Both the position numbers and the translations under genes were made by a program. Under the pieces are notes generated by a model that searched no databases, had not been told where the DNA came from, and saw only the letters and a list, made by a program, of their open reading frames with translations. Below are positions 15,820 to 24,939 of a stretch of DNA of 30,714 bases, in pieces; position 1 is the stretch's first letter, and each line of letters starts with the position of its first letter. Origin of the DNA: Planctomycetota bacterium (lineage in GTDB: Bacteria; Planctomycetota; MHYJ01; WSZJ01); contig JBBTCT010000039.1 in assembly GCA_038060895.1 (NCBI GenBank), positions 1-30,714 on the forward strand. The letters run 5' to 3'.

Positions 15820-17820
15820 CTACATCTTCCCTTCGGCGGCGCTCGCCCTGTTCTGCACCTCGTTGTCGGAAGAAAACTTCGTCTTGATCGGCCCAATCGC
15901 GGGCTTGAGTTTCGGTTCCTTGAAGCCGGGAAGCGCGTCCAGAATGATCAGCGCGGCCTTCTTGCGCGTGAGCTCCGGGTCATAGCCGCTGCTGAACTTC
16001 GGCAGGTCGGTCGCGAGGAGGATCTTCTTGATCGCGATCGTTTCCACAAGTCCCGCGACGCGGGGTTCGGCAAGCGCGGCCATGGCGGCGACATACGAAG
16101 CGTTGGCAGCCTGGTAATCCTCCCACGGCTGGATGTCGAGTTTCTTCAGGTCCTTATCGAACTCTTTGCCGAGAGTTTCCAGGGCCGCGGCGATCGACAA
16201 GGCATCCTTCTTTTCGCCCGCCGTCGCGAGCGCGTCGGCCGCGGCCTTGCGGACCTGCAGGGACTTGTCGGAAAGCGCGCGCGCGAGGCTGCCGGCCGCC
16301 GAGGCCTCCTTGAACGCGCCCAGCACGCGCGCCGACTGGATGCGGGCATCCTCGTTCGACGACGGGGTGAGGAGCGTCTTCGATAGCGTCTGGATGACCG
16401 ACTTGTCCTTCATCTCGATCAGCTTGTTGGCCGCCTTCACGCCGCGCGTCCCGCCGAGATCGATCGCCGCGCAGAGCGACGCCACGTCGTTCCCGCCCTT
16501 CCCCGCCGGCTCGTTCGGGAAATACAGCAGCTCGTCGGGCCAGAGCGGCTCCGCGAAACTCGATCGTGTCCCGTGAACCGGCTCGGGCCCCTTCGCTCCC
16601 TTTTTCATCAGGTGATGCCGCTTGAAGTACGCGAGCGTGTCGTCGATGACTTCGCGGGGCCAGCCGTGCTTGGCGTCCCGGTACTCCGTGTAGATGAAAT
16701 CGGCCTTCTGCTTCTGCAGCACCTGCGCCGCGCCCCGGTCGTCGCCGTGGCCGACCTGCGGATCGTCCTCGGAGTGGTAGATGTACATCCCGCAGCCGTT
16801 CTGGTGCGCCTTCAGCGCGTTCCCTCCGCCGCTTCCCGCCGCAGGCGCGAACGCCGCCCACCGATCGGAGTACGCCGGCCCGAAGTACCACGTTCCCATG
16901 CCGCCGCGCGAGTGGCCGATGACGTAGATGCGGTTCATGTCCACGTTGTAGAAGAGCTGCGCCTCCGCGATGAACGAGAGCACGTAGTCGTCGGGGTGAC
17001 CCGTCCAGGGAAGCGGCTCGGCCGTCGGGCACAGGACGATGCAGCCCCATTTCGGGGAATCGACCGTGAAGTGCTTGATGAAGTCCTTGCCGTTGCCGAC
17101 GCCGCCGAGGCCGTTCACGGAGCCGTGGAGGCCTATGAGCAGCGGGTAGGCGCGGTGCGGGTCGTAGTCGTCGGGGACCCAGATGGAGTACTTGCCGCTC
17201 GATTTCTTCGTGTTGTAGGAGAGGCGGACGTCTTCCTGCAGACCCTTGGACTGCTGAAGCGACCGTGCGACGCGGTCGAAGTAGTGCTTCGGCAGCGTCA
17301 CGCCGTACGTCGTCTTCCATCCTTCATAGGTCGTCTTGCGCATCGCGTCGTCGAGCGCGGCATAGTCCGCGATCTTCGGCCTCAGCTCGCTGTTCGAAAT
17401 CGGGCTGGCCTTGAGCAGCTTGTCCACTTCAGCGCCGAGCAGCCCGCGCGCTTCCGCGTCGGACGGGTTTTTGGCGAGCACCTGAAGCGCTTCTTCCCTT
17501 GCCTCGACGTCAAGCTTGTTGGCGACGCAGAATTTCAACAGCGTCGCGTGGTCCGGCCGGGCCGTGTTCGCCTTTTCCCAGTATTCGCGCAGCGGGTCGG
17601 GAGGCGTGAGGACGACCTGCTGGACCTGGGACTTGTCGAACTTCTTCACGCCGAAGGTCATCGCGGGGAGCGAAGAATTGAACGTGTTGATCACGACCTC
17701 AGTGTCCGTGTTCGTGATGACCTTTCCCTCGATGACGGTGCGGTCGCGGAGGGTGACGGTGTCTGCGACGGCGGCGAGGGAGAAAGAGGCAAAGAGAGAG
17801 GCGAGGCAGAAGCGGCGCAT
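15820..17820 (-). CDS. Exported alpha/beta-hydrolase (esterase/peptidase-like) with C-terminal HEAT repeats
   Basis: Start ATG 17820; signal peptide then ADTVTLRDRTVIEGKV; YPLLIGLHG, RIYVIGHSRGG (GxSxG), DDPQV, KHGW; HEAT repeats after ~residue 450. Confidence 0.88.
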   Translation of the reverse strand: MRRFCLASLFASFSLAAVADTVTLRDRTVIEGKVITNTDTEVVINTFNSSLPAMTFGVKKFDKSQVQQVVLTPPDPLREYWEKANTARPDHATLLKFCVANKLDVEAREEALQVLAKNPSDAEARGLLGAEVDKLLKASPISNSELRPKIADYAALDDAMRKTTYEGWKTTYGVTLPKHYFDRVARSLQQSKGLQEDVRLSYNTKKSSGKYSIWVPDDYDPHRAYPLLIGLHGSVNGLGGVGNGKDFIKHFTVDSPKWGCIVLCPTAEPLPWTGHPDDYVLSFIAEAQLFYNVDMNRIYVIGHSRGGMGTWYFGPAYSDRWAAFAPAAGSGGGNALKAHQNGCGMYIYHSEDDPQVGHGDDRGAAQVLQKQKADFIYTEYRDAKHGWPREVIDDTLAYFKRHHLMKKGAKGPEPVHGTRSSFAEPLWPDELLYFPNEPAGKGGNDVASLCAAIDLGGTRGVKAANKLIEMKDKSVIQTLSKTLLTPSSNEDARIQSARVLGAFKEASAAGSLARALSDKSLQVRKAAADALATAGEKKDALSIAAALETLGKEFDKDLKKLDIQPWEDYQAANASYVAAMAALAEPRVAGLVETIAIKKILLATDLPKFSSGYDPELTRKKAALIILDALPGFKEPKLKPAIGPIKTKFSSDNEVQNRASAAEGKM

Positions 17821-17892
17821 GGGTCGGGCCTCAAGAGGAAGGGGAAGGACATGGTGGGAGAAAAGGGCCGAATTATCAATTCTCAACGGGGT

Positions 17893-17977
17893 GAAATGGA
17901 CGGGGCCGGAGGGAGTGGAGGCCCCCCGGCCCGGGTTACTGCACGGGGGCCGTCCGAGCCCCCGCTACGTCCATTTC
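17893..17977 (-). ncRNA. Candidate 85-nt three-way-junction structured RNA or repeat element
   Basis: 10-bp closing stem GAAATGGACG/CGTCCATTTC enclosing an 11-bp hairpin (17903-17932; G.U pair on the minus strand) and a 7-bp hairpin (17944-17964). Confidence 0.45.
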
Positions 17978-17982
17978 CGTCC

Positions 17983-19497
17983 CTAAGCCATCCCCAGAAT
18001 TTTCAGAGCGGCCAGCACGATGAACGCGGCGCCGAAGAGCTTTGCGGCGAATCCGACGAGCGCGGTCATGAGGGCCTGCAGGACGTCGATGTCGTAGACC
18101 TTCATGAGGGCGAAGAGCTGGAGGCCGAGGCCGTAGAAGAGCAGGCCGACCTGGAGCCACATCTGGAGCTTGAGCGGCGTCAGCAGGGAGAGGAACTGCA
18201 GGAAGTTGCTGAAGCCGGTGAGGTAGGCCATGGTCACGAGCATCAGCGTGAATCCGCCGCCGCCCCCGAGGAGGCGAGCCGCGAACGTGAAGATGGCGGC
18301 GGAAATCAGGAGGCCGATGACGTTTCCGGCGATGGCGGCGACGGTCCCCGCGGTGCCGAGCGCTGCGCTGACGAGGCCGTGTTTCGGGGAATTGTCCGCC
18401 ACGGGCAGCCCGTGCGCCCTGGCCGCTTCGGCAATGGCCGTCGTGCGGTCGTCGACGACGAGTTGCCCCCAGCCCGGAAGGTGCGACCAGGTGATGTGGA
18501 CGTTGCAACGCGAGCAGTTCAGGTCCCCGGCCTGGGTCCCGGGGCGGCAGGTGATCGAGAAGGCAAACGAGGAACCGCCCTGCCGTGTCGCCGGCAGCTG
18601 CACGACGTACTCCCCTTCCTTCGTCCCGGTCTTCATATCGTGCCACTCATTTCCGGGAGGATTGCCGTGCGACGACGTCCTGCCGAGCTTCGCCTTGCCG
18701 ATCGCGGGCCTCGAACGGTCGGGCTCCATCACCAACATGCGGACCATGAAGGGCTTCCCGGCCTCAACCGGCCCGACCGGCTCGATCACCTTGAGCGAAA
18801 GCGGTTCGCCCCATTCCGTGAGCCCCTGGGCTCCGAGCTTCACGTCCATCCACTCCTGGGGAACGTGATGCTCCACGTTCTGCAGCCGCTCGATCTGCTC
18901 GATCTGGTTCTGGACTTCCGCGTTGCGGTCCGGGCGCGCCGCGAACGCCGCGGCGAGACCGACGGCCACGAATGAAGCGGCGTAGAAGATGACTCCCTTG
19001 GCGAGCATGTCCTGGCGGGAGAAAATCGCGCCGAAAAGTTCCAGGGTCTGAAGCGGTTTCAGGAGAACTCCGAGCGTCATCTTCCAGAATCCCATCGACT
19101 CCGCTTCTTCGGAATCGTTGCGGACGATGGCTCGCCTGGGACGGAACGGTTCATCGGGCGAGCCCATGCCAAGCGGCTGGCCCGTGACGAGATTGAAGCC
19201 GCAGGCGATGCAAACGACGACGTCGGGCTCGTACTGCGTACCGCATTTCGGGCACGGGGGGACCGATTTCGTGTGGGAACGCTCCGCGGATTCGCCTTCC
19301 ACTTCAAGGGGTGCGGGCTCGGAAGAGAATTTTTCGAAGAGGCCCGCGAACGCATCGCCGTTTCCGTTTGCGGAAGCGAGGGCGGTGGACGGGACGCGGA
19401 CGGTGGCGGCGCAGCGGGGGCATTTTCCGGTGGCGCCGGCCTTGGAGTCGGGAACGCGGAGGGTGTGGCCGCAGGAACACGAGAACGCGATGGGCAT
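17983..19497 (-). CDS. Zinc-finger + Yip1-like membrane protein with an inserted extracytoplasmic beta domain
   Basis: CSCG...CPRC and CPKC...CIACG fingers; VLLKPLQTL at the start of a Yip1-like region; one TM, ~170-aa soluble insert, then four further TMs. Confidence 0.8.
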   Translation of the reverse strand: MPIAFSCSCGHTLRVPDSKAGATGKCPRCAATVRVPSTALASANGNGDAFAGLFEKFSSEPAPLEVEGESAERSHTKSVPPCPKCGTQYEPDVVVCIACGFNLVTGQPLGMGSPDEPFRPRRAIVRNDSEEAESMGFWKMTLGVLLKPLQTLELFGAIFSRQDMLAKGVIFYAASFVAVGLAAAFAARPDRNAEVQNQIEQIERLQNVEHHVPQEWMDVKLGAQGLTEWGEPLSLKVIEPVGPVEAGKPFMVRMLVMEPDRSRPAIGKAKLGRTSSHGNPPGNEWHDMKTGTKEGEYVVQLPATRQGGSSFAFSITCRPGTQAGDLNCSRCNVHITWSHLPGWGQLVVDDRTTAIAEAARAHGLPVADNSPKHGLVSAALGTAGTVAAIAGNVIGLLISAAIFTFAARLLGGGGGFTLMLVTMAYLTGFSNFLQFLSLLTPLKLQMWLQVGLLFYGLGLQLFALMKVYDIDVLQALMTALVGFAAKLFGAAFIVLAALKILGMA

Positions 19498-19545
19498 GGG
19501 GGAGTCTCTCCACTGGGACGATTTTTTGTACTACGGACATAAGTA

Positions 19546-19573
19546 AGTGTATGACATTAAAGCGAAGTGTCAA
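19546..19573 (-). promoter_or_regulatory. Sigma70 promoter for the zinc-finger/Yip1 gene
   Basis: Minus strand TTGACA-N16-TACACT in an AT-rich intergenic region. Confidence 0.7.
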
Positions 19574-19679
19574 TGGGAGGCGCCGAATTTATGTGATCGG
19601 ATAAATCACTCGTAAAGCATTCGGCACAATGGTTTTATGGCAGCACCACGAACGCGATCGAAGCTGTATGACGAAAATT

Positions 19680-21155
19680 CTACCGCACGCGCCCGTCCGC
19701 CACCGCGATGCGCTTCGCAACGGCGACCCCCGACTGAAGCGCCCCCTCCATGTACCCCACGAACCCGGGACACGCATGCTCCCCCGCAAACTGGACTCTC
19801 CCCACCCCGTCCCTCAGCCGCGGACTGACCGTCGTCACTTCTCCCGGCGCAGGAAACGCGTAGCCCGCTCCCGTCCAGACATCGGCCGGCCAGTCCATGA
19901 ACAGGTATTTTTTGAAGTGCTTCTCGAACTCCGGCCAGAGCGCGCCCAGTTCTTTCGCGTACTTCTCGCCGCGACCCGCAGCGCCAAACGCCCGACACAG
20001 TTCTGCGGCGGGTCCACCTGAGTAGGCCGCCAGACAGGCGCCCTCGCCCTTCTCCTGCCCGTCCGTGGCATTCCACGTTTCGCTGATCGCGCCGTCCGTG
20101 AGCGCGTCGGGCGACTGTCCCGCGGCACGCCAGAACGCCGCGTCGAGCACCGCGAGATACTTCACGTTGACGCCCATCTGCGGATTCAGCGCGGAAGGCA
20201 GAGCCGGCTCGAAAGCGATCTTCTTCCACACGCTCGGCGCGACCGCCACGACCACCCAGTCGGCCTCAATCCTCGTCAAGTCCTCGAGTTTCACGACCAC
20301 GCCACCCTCAGTCGATTCCACGCGCACCGCCGGCACGCCGAAGCGCACCCGGCCGGAGCCGATCGCATCCGCGAGCTTCTGCGCCAGCTGCTGGTTTCCC
20401 CCGCTGCAGCGGAAGACCTCGCTGTCGGTCCAGTACTTCTCCAGCCCGCCGCCCTTGATCATGGCCAGGTTTCCGAGCCAGCTCTGCTTCTCGACCGCCA
20501 CGCCGTTGTCCCCTGCGAGCTGCCTCCGCAATTCGCGCTTCGCCGCGGCTCCAGCCGCCAGCGCATCGATTGCCTCGCCGGTGGTGCGCGCGTCTAGCTC
20601 CGCCGCCCCCGGCGTCAGCCACGGCGACTCCGCGTCCACCGGCCGGGCCTGCTCGTCAATGGCCGGAAGCGCTTCCTCGAACTCCGCCCACAGCGCCTCC
20701 TGTTCCTCAGCGGTGAGGAGTTTTCCCTCGAAGCGCACGGGCGCGAGTCCTTCTTCCTCCGTGACGTCGAGCATCTCGAGCCCGAACTTCTTCGCGTACG
20801 ACATCCAGACCACGTGGTTCGACCCGATGAGTTCGCCGCCTGCTTCGATGTTCTTTCCCTGCACCAGGTCGCGCCGGCTCAGCACCCGCCCTCCAGCACG
20901 TTCCTTTGCCTCGACCACGGTCACGTCGTACCCCGCGGCTGCCAGCTCGTAAGCGCACGACAGTCCCGCGAACCCGGCGCCGATCACGCAGATGCGGGGC
21001 GCCCCGCTACCGTCCGCGCGGCCGGGACCGTCCGAGCACGCCGACAGCAGGAGCCCGGCGGCCGAGGCCATCGAGGCCTTGAGCGCTTCGCGACGCGTGA
21101 AGTGCGCCTGGGGATGCAGGCGGTCGTGCAGGCGGGCGACGAGGCTGCGTGACAT
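19680..21155 (-). CDS. Flavin monoamine oxidase family protein, Tat lipoprotein
   Basis: TRREALK plus LLSAC lipobox; IGAGFAGL, EAKERAGGR, EAGGELI, FAGEH...GYMEGALQSG. Confidence 0.92.
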   Translation of the reverse strand: MSRSLVARLHDRLHPQAHFTRREALKASMASAAGLLLSACSDGPGRADGSGAPRICVIGAGFAGLSCAYELAAAGYDVTVVEAKERAGGRVLSRRDLVQGKNIEAGGELIGSNHVVWMSYAKKFGLEMLDVTEEEGLAPVRFEGKLLTAEEQEALWAEFEEALPAIDEQARPVDAESPWLTPGAAELDARTTGEAIDALAAGAAAKRELRRQLAGDNGVAVEKQSWLGNLAMIKGGGLEKYWTDSEVFRCSGGNQQLAQKLADAIGSGRVRFGVPAVRVESTEGGVVVKLEDLTRIEADWVVVAVAPSVWKKIAFEPALPSALNPQMGVNVKYLAVLDAAFWRAAGQSPDALTDGAISETWNATDGQEKGEGACLAAYSGGPAAELCRAFGAAGRGEKYAKELGALWPEFEKHFKKYLFMDWPADVWTGAGYAFPAPGEVTTVSPRLRDGVGRVQFAGEHACPGFVGYMEGALQSGVAVAKRIAVADGRVR

Positions 21156-21159
21156 GGGA

Positions 21160-22869
21160 TTACTCCACTGTGAACCACTGGGCTTCCACCCTGCGGTTCT
21201 TCTCCGCTTCCGGCCCGGCGGGTTCGTCCCAGCCGCGGCCGACCGTTTCGAGCCTGGCAGCGTCGCAGGCCATCGTTTCGACCAGGGCGCGCTTGATTTC
21301 CGCCGCCCGGTTTTTCGACAGCTCCATCGCCTTGAGCGCCATCTGCCGGACGAACGTTTCCCCGCCCTGCTTGCGGAACTCCTCGATCATGGCGTTGTCG
21401 ACGTGCCCACGCAGGAGGATCGTCGAGCCGGGGCTGACGCGAAGGAGATCGCGAAGGGACTCGAGGTGATTGGTGTTTTCGATTTTCGACATGTCGAGCT
21501 TCGCGGAGTTCGGCTCGAAATAGAAGCGGACGTCCTTGCTGAGAAGAGGGTCGCCTTCGACGGAGGAAGGCGCGGTGGAGCGGATGGGCGCGATCGCGAT
21601 CTTCTGGTCCTTGAAAAGTCCTTCGGACTGGAAGGCCTTGAGCGCGGTGAGGTCGAGGAAGCGGTCGCCGTCGACGGGGCTGCGGATGAGGGCGGGGCCG
21701 TACGCGTAGATGGAGGAGGAATAGATGCCGCCGAAGCTGCCGGCGGCGTCGATCTGGCCCGAAAAGAAGGCGAGATTTTCCGGAAGGTTTGAAAAGTGGA
21801 TCTTCGCCATCTCGGCGGTCGCCTTTTCGCGCGTCCACTTGAACGCGCCAGCGACCACGTCGAGCGCCGAGTTCGGCGTATCGCGCACGATCCGGTTTCC
21901 CTCGAGAAGTCCGAGCGCGAGCCCCCGGAGCATCTCGGGATGCTGCTGCGCAAACCCCCGGTTGACGACGAGCACGTCCGCAATGATGAGCAGGTTGCGG
22001 TTCGTGGCCATCACGTGCGCCTTGCCGCCGCTCTGCTGCGCGACTTCGGTCGTCTTCGGCGCCCAGGTGACGCACCCCGCGAGGCGCGAGCGGCCGGCCT
22101 TGAGTTCCGACAGGAACACATCGCCGGCGGCGAAGGCATCCTCGCAATAAACCAGGTTCAGGGAGTCGGAGTCCGGCGCTTCCTGCAGACTGCCCAGCAT
22201 CTTCACCGGCATCCCGGCTTCTTGCGCGAGGTAACGGATGAAGAAGTCCGCCTCCGTGAACTGCGCCGTCGCCAGGGTCCGGCCGCGGAGTTGGTTGACC
22301 CGCTTGATCTCGCTTCGCACCACCACGCCGTCGGCGCCGCGCGAGTACCCGATCTGCGCCGGAACCGTGACCTCGAATTGCCGCCCGTAAACCGCCAGAA
22401 CGTCGGCGGTCGTGGCGGAAGCGGCGAGCCGCCCGGAGTTGAGCGCGTTCCAGGATTCCGCTTCGCTGAGCGTGATCTTCAGGCGGAACCCGTGCTTTTT
22501 CGCGAAGACCGAGTCCGCGGAGGGTGCGAGCCCGCCGTTGGCGGCAATGAGGCCTGCGTAACCGGCGTATTCGCTGAGTTCGATTTCGACGATGCCGTCC
22601 TTAGGCTGGTAGGCCGCGGCCGGGGCGAGTTTCGGAATGACGGTCTGCGTTTCCGCCATGCAGTCGGGGACGGGGGCGTCGAGGCCCACGGGTTCGGGAG
22701 GAGACCACGAGACCCGCCCGTGGGATCCAGGGACGGGACCCTGGCCAGCCTCCGGGTTGGAAGCGTTCCGCTTCGACAGCCAGAACGCGGAACCTCCGAG
22801 GGCACAGAAGACGGCGGCGACGACGAGAATTTTACCGAGGGGCGTGAGGTGCTGCGAAGACTGGTCCAT
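21160..22869 (-). CDS. Membrane-anchored substrate-binding protein (NMT1/THI5/TauA-like) fused to a C-terminal OmpA-like peptidoglycan-binding domain
   Basis: N-terminal TM; GYSRGADGVV, IADVLVV (SBP); FEPNSAKL, LRGHVDN, KNRAAEIK, GRGWDEP, NRRVE (OmpA-like). Confidence 0.88.
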   Translation of the reverse strand: MDQSSQHLTPLGKILVVAAVFCALGGSAFWLSKRNASNPEAGQGPVPGSHGRVSWSPPEPVGLDAPVPDCMAETQTVIPKLAPAAAYQPKDGIVEIELSEYAGYAGLIAANGGLAPSADSVFAKKHGFRLKITLSEAESWNALNSGRLAASATTADVLAVYGRQFEVTVPAQIGYSRGADGVVVRSEIKRVNQLRGRTLATAQFTEADFFIRYLAQEAGMPVKMLGSLQEAPDSDSLNLVYCEDAFAAGDVFLSELKAGRSRLAGCVTWAPKTTEVAQQSGGKAHVMATNRNLLIIADVLVVNRGFAQQHPEMLRGLALGLLEGNRIVRDTPNSALDVVAGAFKWTREKATAEMAKIHFSNLPENLAFFSGQIDAAGSFGGIYSSSIYAYGPALIRSPVDGDRFLDLTALKAFQSEGLFKDQKIAIAPIRSTAPSSVEGDPLLSKDVRFYFEPNSAKLDMSKIENTNHLESLRDLLRVSPGSTILLRGHVDNAMIEEFRKQGGETFVRQMALKAMELSKNRAAEIKRALVETMACDAARLETVGRGWDEPAGPEAEKNRRVEAQWFTVE

Positions 22870-23226
22870 CAAAGGGGTCCCGTGAAGGGGCGACTCACCG
22901 CCCTGTGTCGTGGGAGATAATACGAAATTCTGGCACAGGAAAAAGTGCGACCGATGTTTTTATTTCAAATGAAGTGCGCCGAAACCCTGATTGACCCGAT
23001 GGGGTCGCCGTCTCCGTTTCCATCCCTTTCATCCGCGACCCCGAACGTCCCGTGTCGCGAATGAAAACGGATACTGCGGGATTTCACCGGGCTGGAAGCG
23101 CAAACCATTGCGCAGAAAGAAGTTGCGGTCAGAGGAATAATCCGCGTTTCCCTGAAACTCCCGGCCCTCCAAAGGGTTCATAATCCCACGACAAAGCTCT
23201 TCACATTGCCCCCAGAGAGGCTGCCC

Positions 23227-24939
23227 ATGAACCGAACAACGCTCTTCGCCCTCTCCAGCGCGACCGCCCTTGCCGCTTTCATCGCGCTCTCCTGGCCCCA
23301 GACCACCACTGCGGAGCCGAAGAAACCCGCCACCAACGCCCCGAAGGCGAAGAAGGGCTCCCAGGAAACGGAGGTCGCTTCCCAGCTCGACGCCCTCATC
23401 TCGGCCGAGTGGGCGAAGCAGAAGCTCGAGGCCTCCGATCTCTCCGAGGATTCGGAGTTCCTTCGCCGCGCGACGCTCGACATCACCGGTCAGATTCCCA
23501 CGGCCGACGACGCGCGCGCATTCCTGATGAACAACGATCCCGACAAGCGCCGCAAGAAGATCGACGAGCTGCTCGAGTCACCTCTGTACGCGGAGCACTG
23601 GTCGTTCACGTGGTCGCAGCGTCTCCTGGCCGGCTCGAAGCTCCTCCAGGTCGCCGGCGATCGCGGGGGTGCCTACAAGCAGTGGTTCCGCGAGTCCTTT
23701 GCCTCGAACATGCCGTACAACAAGTTCGTCCATTCCATCGTCTCCGCCGAGGGCGACTCCGACAGCAACGGCGCCACGGCGTGGCTCGTCTCCCTCCAGG
23801 ACGCCGGCGAAGCCGGCATGGCCGCCAGCGCTTCCCGTAACTTCCTCGGCGTCCAGATCCAGTGCGCGCAGTGCCACGACTCGAAAGTGAGCGACTGGAA
23901 GATGCCCGACTTCTGGGGCATGGCCGCGTTCTTCGCGCGGACGAGGGTCCGCCGCATCATCGACCCGGAGACGAAGATGCCGAAGGGCGCCTTCGAGATC
24001 ATCGACATGCCACGCGGCGAAGTCGCGATCCCGGAGACGAGTCCCCCGCAGGTCGTCGACCCGCGCTTCCTCGAAGGAAAGCCGATCCCGCGCGTCGGGG
24101 GCACGCCGAAGAGCAAGGAGTTCAAGAACCCGAAGAATCCCGAGCGCACTTTCATCGGCGGCCCGGCGGACGGTGTCGAGCGGCGCAAGGATTTCGCCAC
24201 GTGGCTGACTGCCGACGACAACAAGTGGTTCGGCAAGGCCGCCACGAACTGGTACTGGGGACACTTCCTCGGCGCCGGTTTCGTCGAGCCCCTGGACGAC
24301 TTCGACATCACGAATCCGCCGTCGAACCCGGCCGCGCTGGACTACCTCACTGCGGACTTCAAGGCGAACGGGTACGACCTGAAGCGCATGATCCGGGTGA
24401 TCTGCAACACGAAGGCCTATCAGCTGTCGAGCAAGCCGTCCGCGACGAATGCGAAGGATGACCGCTACTACTCGCACGGGAAGCTCGAGCACCTGACGCC
24501 CGACCAGATGTTCTACTCGCTCATGGGCGTCACGGGCATCGAGAACTCCCTCGCCCGCGGCATGGACCGCGACCGCGTCGAGATGCTCAAGCAGCGCTTC
24601 CTCGCCGGCTTTGTCTTCCTATTCGGCAACGACGAAGGCGAGTCCGGGGACGCGTTCAACGGCACGATCCCGCAGGCACTGCTGTTCATGAACAACCCGC
24701 AGATCCAGGCAGGCCTGAAGGTCGGCCCTTCCACCACGCTCGGGAAGATTCTGCAGAAGTACGAGGCCGTGGATGCGCGCCTGGACGAGATGTATCTGTC
24801 GGCGCTCGGGCGCTTCCCGACGGACACGGAGAAGAAATACTTCACGAGCGTGATCAACAAGTACCAGAACTCGAAGCTGATCTACGAAGACGTGTACTGG
24901 GCACTCGTCAACAGCTCGGAGTTCCAATTCAATCATTGA
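23227..24939 (+). CDS. DUF1549/DUF1553 (PSD1) planctomycete-type protein
   Basis: Signal peptide; EFLRRATLDITGQIPT, MPYNKFV, FLGVQIQCAQCHD, NPPSNPAALDYL, IPQALLFMN, WALVNSSEFQFNH. Confidence 0.93.
   Translation: MNRTTLFALSSATALAAFIALSWPQTTTAEPKKPATNAPKAKKGSQETEVASQLDALISAEWAKQKLEASDLSEDSEFLRRATLDITGQIPTADDARAFLMNNDPDKRRKKIDELLESPLYAEHWSFTWSQRLLAGSKLLQVAGDRGGAYKQWFRESFASNMPYNKFVHSIVSAEGDSDSNGATAWLVSLQDAGEAGMAASASRNFLGVQIQCAQCHDSKVSDWKMPDFWGMAAFFARTRVRRIIDPETKMPKGAFEIIDMPRGEVAIPETSPPQVVDPRFLEGKPIPRVGGTPKSKEFKNPKNPERTFIGGPADGVERRKDFATWLTADDNKWFGKAATNWYWGHFLGAGFVEPLDDFDITNPPSNPAALDYLTADFKANGYDLKRMIRVICNTKAYQLSSKPSATNAKDDRYYSHGKLEHLTPDQMFYSLMGVTGIENSLARGMDRDRVEMLKQRFLAGFVFLFGNDEGESGDAFNGTIPQALLFMNNPQIQAGLKVGPSTTLGKILQKYEAVDARLDEMYLSALGRFPTDTEKKYFTSVINKYQNSKLIYEDVYWALVNSSEFQFNH

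Noticed and set aside
17893-17977. tRNA-Sec (selC) or hammerhead ribozyme
   Set aside because: No UCA anticodon arm or TTCGA T-loop, and no CUGANGA core on either strand
16573-18975. 800-aa plus-strand ORF and other long Arg-rich ORFs (e.g. 8740..10170, 12402..13796)
   Set aside because: Antisense or alternate-frame ORFs expected in high-GC DNA; no motifs, and they overlap well-supported genes
22932-22948. Sigma54 promoter at TGGCAC
   Set aside because: No TTGC at the required spacing
23098-23130. c-di-GMP-I riboswitch suggested by GCAAACCATT
   Set aside because: The following GAAA-tetraloop stem and GACGCAAAG consensus are missing
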